A stretch of 63,421 nt of DNA, filler included, from Craspedostauros australis (Eukaryota): assembly GCA_030167865.1 (NCBI GenBank). It is 5 parts of 5 records of this genome, joined end to end, with 100 filler letters (N's around TTAATTAATTAA, not from the genome) between each part and the next. Parts side by side here need not be neighbours in the genome. Positions count along the whole stretch, not along the records: positions 52,284 to 59,832 come from JALAGF010002774.1; positions 59,933 to 63,421 come from JALAGF010002777.1; 3 more parts are not named here. One strand, 5' to 3'. Below are positions 57,564 through 63,421 of this stretch, in pieces. The notes beneath the pieces are model-generated. The model saw only the letters and a list, made by a program, of their open reading frames with translations. It ran no database searches and was not told where the DNA came from. The translations under genes were made by a program, and so were the position numbers. The first letter of the stretch is position 1. The number at the start of each line of letters is the position of its first letter.

Positions 57564-58664
57564 TCAGTAACGAGCATTACGAGCATCCATCTTTGCGAAT
57601 TTGTAGGCGACCTTCATGGCCTGCCTTGTGATGGTCTTGGAAGCCTCGGCGACGAGATCATCATCGTACTCAAAGATGTACGATATGTCGTCGCCATCGG
57701 CACCCTTGTCCTCTTCTTCTGCTGCTGCGGCCTCATGTTCGTAGGATTCCTTCCATTGGCGTTCCTGCTCGTCAAACACCGCATTCATCACATCCTGGCG
57801 TCGTTGCTGCGTCTGACGCTTGTGCGCTGACGAGATGCGCGCTTCCAAACCGCGCAAGGATTGCTTCTGCTCAGGCGTGAGGCTGCCACCGTGTTGCTGC
57901 TGGCGGGCCAACCGCGCAGCGTGTCGTTGAATTCGCTTGAGTTCCGCCGCGGAGTACCACGATGATTCGCGTTCCTCGTGGGTGTAGTCGTTGTGATGGA
58001 TGGCCGTCACCATGGTTGGTCCGATGTGAGAAAAGGTGACTTGCTTCGCAGATGCGTCGCGGCAACCGCTCTGCGAATCCGAGTCTCCGAAGGGGTCGTG
58101 CGCCAGGGATGGGCAGAATGGAGGCACGCCACCGGTCTGGTCCTGTGCGTGGTACTGCTGCAGCTCGGACTCTGTCGGAGTTCGGAAGAAGGAGTGGATG
58201 ACGCTGCGCACGCCTGCGGCACTGTTGCGCGTTCGCAGCGGCGTGCCTGTCGCTGATGCTGCCGCCATCGCGGAGAGCAGCGTTGTGGACGGGATCGACT
58301 GACTCAGCTGCTTCCGCTGGTAGATCTGGAGCGGAGAAGATTCGTACTCCGACTCCACAGATGAGTAGCTCTCATCGTCCAGCAGGCTCAGCAGCTCGAG
58401 GTGGTTCTGCTTGCGAAGGGATTCTCGGCTGGTCGTGCTGCACGTACTGATGCTTGCAGTGCTGCTGCAGGTGCTGCTTCGCCGGCGTGCCATGGCAACA
58501 CGTTTGCTGAAGTCCTGGATTAGGATCTCGTCTGGCGCCATGATGATCTCGCAATCTTGTTGCCGCTCCTGTGGCTGCTCCTGCTCCTGTTGCCGCCCCT
58601 GTTGTTGAGGGAAAGGTTGTGGAGAAAGCGGTGACATGACGGCGGTGGAAGAAGAGGGAGTCAT
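57564..58664 (-). CDS. Hypothetical protein of a family I recall as expanded in diatoms (KxVxF..WYS..RGLE..EQxRQ..A-x-x-DA motifs)
   Basis: ORF from ATG 58664 contains KQVTFS, DYTHEERESSWYSAAEL, LRGLE, VFDEQERQW and AKMDARNA. Confidence 0.7.
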   Translation of the reverse strand: MTPSSSTAVMSPLSPQPFPQQQGRQQEQEQPQERQQDCEIIMAPDEILIQDFSKRVAMARRRSSTCSSTASISTCSTTSRESLRKQNHLELLSLLDDESYSSVESEYESSPLQIYQRKQLSQSIPSTTLLSAMAAASATGTPLRTRNSAAGVRSVIHSFFRTPTESELQQYHAQDQTGGVPPFCPSLAHDPFGDSDSQSGCRDASAKQVTFSHIGPTMVTAIHHNDYTHEERESSWYSAAELKRIQRHAARLARQQQHGGSLTPEQKQSLRGLEARISSAHKRQTQQRRQDVMNAVFDEQERQWKESYEHEAAAAEEEDKGADGDDISYIFEYDDDLVAEASKTITRQAMKVAYKFAKMDARNARY

Positions 58665-59832
58665 TGAGACCTGCGGTGGCCGGTTGATGGTCTTTGGTGA
58701 TGCCGTGGTGATGCTTGATTTTATGGTGATGTTGCTGTTTCTTTCGACTTGCGCTTGATACTTGCATTCAGGGCTGTTCAGAGCAGATGAATTTGGTCTT
58801 GGATTCGGGTTGTGACTACAACAAGCGGCAGGATGGGCGCAAGAGAGAGGAGAGACCCGCAGAGAGGAAACTGCCCCGGCGATGGATGTGTGAAGGAAGC
58901 GAGAGGTCGAGATCGCGTCTGCCACCACGTTTTGTTGAGGTACGCGGATACGCTCCTACTCGTGGTACGAACTATGTGCCCTTCCATCCCAATCATCACA
59001 CAGTACAACCTCGGGGATGCAAATTTCAATTTCGTTCACCACCTCTTCGTTGACGCAAAAGCTGGAGGGACATGGCAAACGCTCGTTTTGGCGTGTTTGA
59101 CGCAGACAACCTCATCGTTTCTCAAACGAAGGACGGAATTTGTGGAGTCCCAACGCGAAGTCAGGTGGCGATCGGTGAATGGATCAACCAAAGCGTATAC
59201 AGCATAAGAAAGTGTCCTGGTCCAATACCACATAAGTTGAAAAGACGCTTCATGTTCAGCACAAACGTGAAGGGTGCAATAGACTGCTCGTGAAAGCGCC
59301 GGCTCACTTCCTTTCAATCATCATTTATGCTTCGATCAGCCGCCAAAGCGGTCAGAGCATCCACGCAAGCGCGAAAGTCAAGGAGGAACCTGCGCCATTG
59401 CTGGTGTTGTTGGCGTTGTGGTGTGGTTGTTAGCGCAGGGAGCAGGGGAAATAGTCGTCGCTCAAAAAAAAGGATGTTTTTATGCACTTGTTCACGGGCA
59501 TTTTCCCCGCATCAGACTGATACGACCAATGCTGTCAGGACAATGCAAAACAAACGCAAGTGGTATCGATAGTACTCCAATGGGAGTTGTTGTTGGCGTT
59601 TGTGCTCCTTGGTTTTGGTGGTGACTGGTGTGGTCGTTTGGTTCTGCGTTGGTTTCTGCGTCGTCCATGTCCTTCACACAGCACCGAGTGTTTCTCGGCG
59701 TTGGGCCCGCTTTCGTTGTCATTCGACGGGCGCGACACCCACAGTCACGCACTCGGTGTCTCTGTTCCATCCACGCAAATCGCCAACACAAATAGAGGAA
59801 TCGACTGCTCGTGGTTCCTGGTCATCCTTCTG

Positions 59833-59932
59833 NNNNNNNNNNNNNNNNNNNNNNNNNNNNNNNNNNNNNNNNNNNNTTAATTAATTAANNNNNNNNNNNN
59901 NNNNNNNNNNNNNNNNNNNNNNNNNNNNNNNN
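59833..59932. other. Artificial assembly linker
   Basis: N44-TTAATTAATTAA-N44. Confidence 0.97.
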
Positions 59933-60219
59933 ACCTTAATTACTCCACACATCAATAGTCCCACACAAGTCAATCAACCACAACACGAACAAATGCGCAC
60001 TTAATCAGCAAAACCAGCACAGTTGCCAACAACACAGGAGTGGTGCTTCTCGGGTTTGTGAGTTGCTTCGCTCTCCGCACTCCAACACTGGTTGCCCCGG
60101 TCATGCTATTCAGTCCAAGCCACCGTAGCGTACGTGTTTCATTTCAGCTTATTTTCCGACCTATGGTAATTTTCATTTTTTACCGTTGCTCCCTGGCGCC
60201 GACCTCGCACACTGCAAAG

Positions 60220-60837
60220 TATGGCAACGCAAACAACAAAAACGCGGAGATTTCACAAAAAACAACGTGCATGCCCATCCGCGGACGATGGAGGGTGCAA
60301 CCGAATCCGTACTGCATCACAGACCGATTCTACGACAACCTCGTGCTGGAGTCCTACCCCAGACTCGAGGTGCGCAAGAGCGATGCTTGGTACGATCCAG
60401 ACGAGGTGCTGCAAATGGTCACGTTGCGAATGAATTGCCGGCTCTGGGGACGCAATCGATCGGGCATCAACGATGCTACCGGCGTCGTGCTGAAGCGCGG
60501 TGGACGATTATCGCACGGATCCATACTGTGGATCGACCAATCGTCCTCGATTTCATCGTCAACCACGGCGTCCTCGCCGTCGTCAGGGGACGGGCTGATA
60601 CGCAATGTTGCACCATCGCGGCAAAGCAGATCGGGAATCAGCGATATGTTCCGCAGAGCCCAATCGATGCTGGGATTGCCTTCTGTTGTGGCATCCTTCT
60701 CCGGGTCATCGTCGCCAATGACGACAGCGGGAGCAGCAGAAGAAACTGGATCCATTCAGTCGCGTTCGTGGCGTCGTCAGAAAATGGAGATGTACGACGA
60801 TGTTGGCAATGAAGATGAGGAGATCTTTGGATACTGA
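60220..60837 (+). CDS. Probable 3' exon of a hypothetical protein; 5' part unresolved
   Basis: Coding-like stretch GRWRVQPNPYCITDRFYDNLVL..CRLWGR..GRLSHGSILW..VVASFSG after a possible AAG acceptor at 60219. Confidence 0.55.
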   Translation, partial: YGNANNKNAEISQKTTCMPIRGRWRVQPNPYCITDRFYDNLVLESYPRLEVRKSDAWYDPDEVLQMVTLRMNCRLWGRNRSGINDATGVVLKRGGRLSHGSILWIDQSSSISSSTTASSPSSGDGLIRNVAPSRQSRSGISDMFRRAQSMLGLPSVVASFSGSSSPMTTAGAAEETGSIQSRSWRRQKMEMYDDVGNEDEEIFGY

Positions 60838-60917
60838 TCATGTCCGACGCAGCGATGACGTCGTTTCGGACACTTCCAGAATACTGCAACTAGAACCACT
60901 CGCAGAGAATCGCAGAG

Positions 60918-62046
60918 CACACAACCGTGTGAAGGGTGTACTGGTCTCATGGTGTCAGGTTATCCTCGCGTCTGCACTTGCGTTTGCCTCTCATGCAGTT
61001 ACGCATTCAGACACAATCCCTCTTGTCGTCTTCCACCTTGCCCACCATCCCGATTATGAACTTTTCTACCGTACTGAATTCGATGACCTGATGCTCTAGT
61101 TCGGCTGGTGTGAGTCGGAGACACTTCTCCGTCGTGCTCTCGTCTTCGTGTTGTTGATTAGTCTTGGAGCCACCGACTTGACTCCTGTTGCTGTCATCAT
61201 CGCCATCAATACAGCAACCGGGTCATCGATGTGACTCTCTGTGCCATGAACAACATGGATGTCGCTGGTACGCGTCAGCGAGATCCTGGAGGTTCAATAG
61301 TCTCTCTACGGAGCGACGAAACTGGGACAGGCACCTGCACGGGTACAGACGCTGGCACGAACGCATTCAATTCTCAACGCCCATGGCAGAAGCAGTTCAT
61401 GCAAGCAGGGATCACATCAGCCGTGTTTGGATTTGCTCCTCCCGCTCCGCCGGGGCTGTATGCTGGGGTTTCCAAGGCGCGACAATGGATCCACGAGACC
61501 ATATGCCGTAAATCGGAGTATGCATCGTCCGAACACTGTTGTGCAGGTGAACATCCAAGCATCACCAACGATGGCTCGTCAGCACCCAAGTGGAATGTGG
61601 GTGATGGCTGGTATGATCGCATCGAGGATACGAAATCGACTTGATATGTCTCCCCATCAGCGAGGTTGGGCATTGAGGATGCTGCAAAAGGAGGCAGATG
61701 CAGGAACAGGACAGCCAGTGGGGATATCAACCGAACGCATATGGCAGCAACAGCAACATGGGGATACAACGGAAAGTCCATGGATAACTGTTGCATACCA
61801 ACCGACCCTTCCTCACACAACAAACCTCAACAGTACGAGAGAGTGATAGAGATCGTGTCGGTTGCGGGTGATCGACAGTGCGTGCTCACGGTACTGGACA
61901 GCGACAGCGACGGCCACAGAAGATTACGAGGCGAGCATGGTATGGTGGTCATCGACAGTCGAACGGACACGGTTCTCTTTGATGAGATCCTCAGCAGCAA
62001 CAGCGACAGCAATAGATGGACAGGGACTTTCAGGCTCTTCCTATGA
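60918..62046 (+). pseudogene. Decayed trypsin-like (S1) serine protease gene
   Basis: HPDY..EFDDLML* (Asp region), LCA..QRDPGGS (GDSGGP site without Ser), QAGITS..FG.A...PGLYAGVS...WIHETIC and C-terminal LTVLDSDSDG. In-frame stops at 61097-61099 and 61642-61644. Confidence 0.72.
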
Positions 62047-62212
62047 TGGCCCGTGTATCCCGACTCGCTGTCATATCGACACATCACATAACCGAGCTAG
62101 ATCCATTAGATGGCGATTATTTCATGGAGTATTCGTTTAATGATTCCAAATCAAGGTATCTCCTCGACTTCATGACGCGTTCGCTTCTCTCAATAGCTGC
62201 CGTGGTGGCGAT

Positions 62213-63421
62213 TCACTCCTCTTCCTCAACATCGCTGTTGGTCTCAGCCAGTCTGGACGATTTGATGGACCGCACGCCGTCCTCCCATGTTGCGCGATCC
62301 ATGTAAGCATCCAAATGAAAACTTGTCTCTTCATTCAGCACCTCGTACAGCTCCATCATTGACATGCGACTGTACGCGTCATCAATACCGTCGCTATCTG
62401 GTCTCCCACTGCAAAACGCCTGGAGCTCACTCAGTAGTTGGGGCTGTGGAATCAGCTTCCTGAAATCTGGATGAGTGAACATATCTTTCTCATTTTCAGC
62501 CGCCATCCTCATTGCCGCATCTTTCAATAGGTCACAGTTGTGTTGATCGGCGAATATCAATGCATCAATCATGGTGTGCTTCGTGAGATGCTTGCGGACC
62601 AACTCCGCTTCAAGAACAAGCTTGAGTCGCCAGAAGCCGAACGCATTGGCCACAAGGATCAGCTGTTGTAGATCGTCCTGCCCATTGAGGGTGGGGGCTG
62701 GTTGGTCCGTGCCATCATCGTCGGCGTCGTCATGAGTGGTGTTGGTGTTGAAGGATATCTCACCTGCGTAGATGCATTGGAGGACATGTCGGACGTGTTT
62801 TGATTGAAGGTTGGGAAGAGGGATGGTCGTTTGCAAGAGTTCAGTCCCATCGTGAGCGCCATCACCAGTGCATTGATGTTGGATTCCGGAGTCGATCAAT
62901 GTCTGAATGGATGGGACAGTGACCACGAGGACTCCAGAGTTTGCCTTGATTGCTTGTTGTTCGTCACCTTGTTCACACAGGAAGGTCACGTCTGTCTTGG
63001 CTTCAGTGAGAACAGCGCTGCGTCGATCTTGGTCGATGCTGATGCTGGTCGCTGTGCGGGTTTGTGGGTTGTAGTGTTGTGATGGTGTGGTGATGATGTT
63101 TGTGTGGCTTTGTTTGTGCATTCGCAGCTGCATCTGCAATTGTGAGTTTCGGAAATTGAGGCTGGTGACACACTTCATGAGTAATCTCGTCAGGTTGATT
63201 TCTTCGTATGTACCCACCACATCGAAGGGTGTTTTGTGGTTGTCGTTCTCGATGTCCATGTCGGCTCCGCATAACTTGACGAGGTACTCCACACACTCCA
63301 GATGGCCGTTGAAGCATGCCATATGAAGAGGAGTGGTGCCTTTGCGGTCTTTGCAGTCGACATCTGTCTCGCAGGATTCGACGAGGTACTCCACACACTC
63401 CAGATGGCCGTTGGAGCATGC
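62213..63421 (-). CDS. Ankyrin-repeat + BTB/POZ protein with a BACK-like helical region; 5' end lies beyond the window
   Basis: Ankyrin units GTTPLHMACFNGHLECVEYLV and NHKTPFD. BTB features TDVTFL, VLQCIYAG, LILVANAFG..LKLVLEAEL and ALIFADQHNCDLLKDAAM. Confidence 0.88.
   Translation of the reverse strand, partial: ACSNGHLECVEYLVESCETDVDCKDRKGTTPLHMACFNGHLECVEYLVKLCGADMDIENDNHKTPFDVVGTYEEINLTRLLMKCVTSLNFRNSQLQMQLRMHKQSHTNIITTPSQHYNPQTRTATSISIDQDRRSAVLTEAKTDVTFLCEQGDEQQAIKANSGVLVVTVPSIQTLIDSGIQHQCTGDGAHDGTELLQTTIPLPNLQSKHVRHVLQCIYAGEISFNTNTTHDDADDDGTDQPAPTLNGQDDLQQLILVANAFGFWRLKLVLEAELVRKHLTKHTMIDALIFADQHNCDLLKDAAMRMAAENEKDMFTHPDFRKLIPQPQLLSELQAFCSGRPDSDGIDDAYSRMSMMELYEVLNEETSFHLDAYMDRATWEDGVRSIKSSRLAETNSDVEEEE

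Noticed and set aside
61642..61644. In-frame TGA as selenocysteine or readthrough
   Set aside because: It lies in a decayed trypsin gene that also has a TAG stop and lost catalytic motifs; no redox motif or SECIS was recognised.
1..63421. tRNA, rRNA, riboswitch or CRISPR array
   Set aside because: No matching motifs were found by eye and the tandem repeats lack unique spacers. tRNAscan-SE and Infernal/Rfam would be needed to exclude small RNAs.

Overview
Eukaryotic nuclear DNA, most likely from a diatom. This is an inference from GT-AG introns, a heterokont bipartite plastid presequence on a uroporphyrinogen-III methyltransferase, diatom-style LRR proteins ending in CxCCxxC, and a CoDi-like Copia relic. 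The window joins five sequence pieces with artificial 100-nt N-TTAATTAATTAA-N linkers (near 27900, 50370, 52184, 59833), so adjacency across those points is not established. About 18 protein-coding loci are supportable: a phage/bacterial-type macrodomain protein, two MORN-repeat proteins with long disordered regions, TMEM184, a TLDc protein, a 5'-incomplete LRR gene, a BTB-like protein, two long basic low-complexity proteins, a DEAD-box helicase, a sulfotransferase-like membrane protein, plastid SUMT, a nucleoredoxin-type thioredoxin fused to a DUF4395-like membrane domain, a possible glycosyltransferase, WDR74/Nsa1, two hypothetical proteins and an ankyrin-BTB protein. There is also a decayed Copia element, a decayed trypsin gene and many short tandem repeats. 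The most interesting items are the thioredoxin/DUF4395-like fusion (a candidate membrane thiol relay next to sulfur-related genes) and the prokaryote-type macrodomain. All family calls come from motif recognition by eye; no database searches were run.
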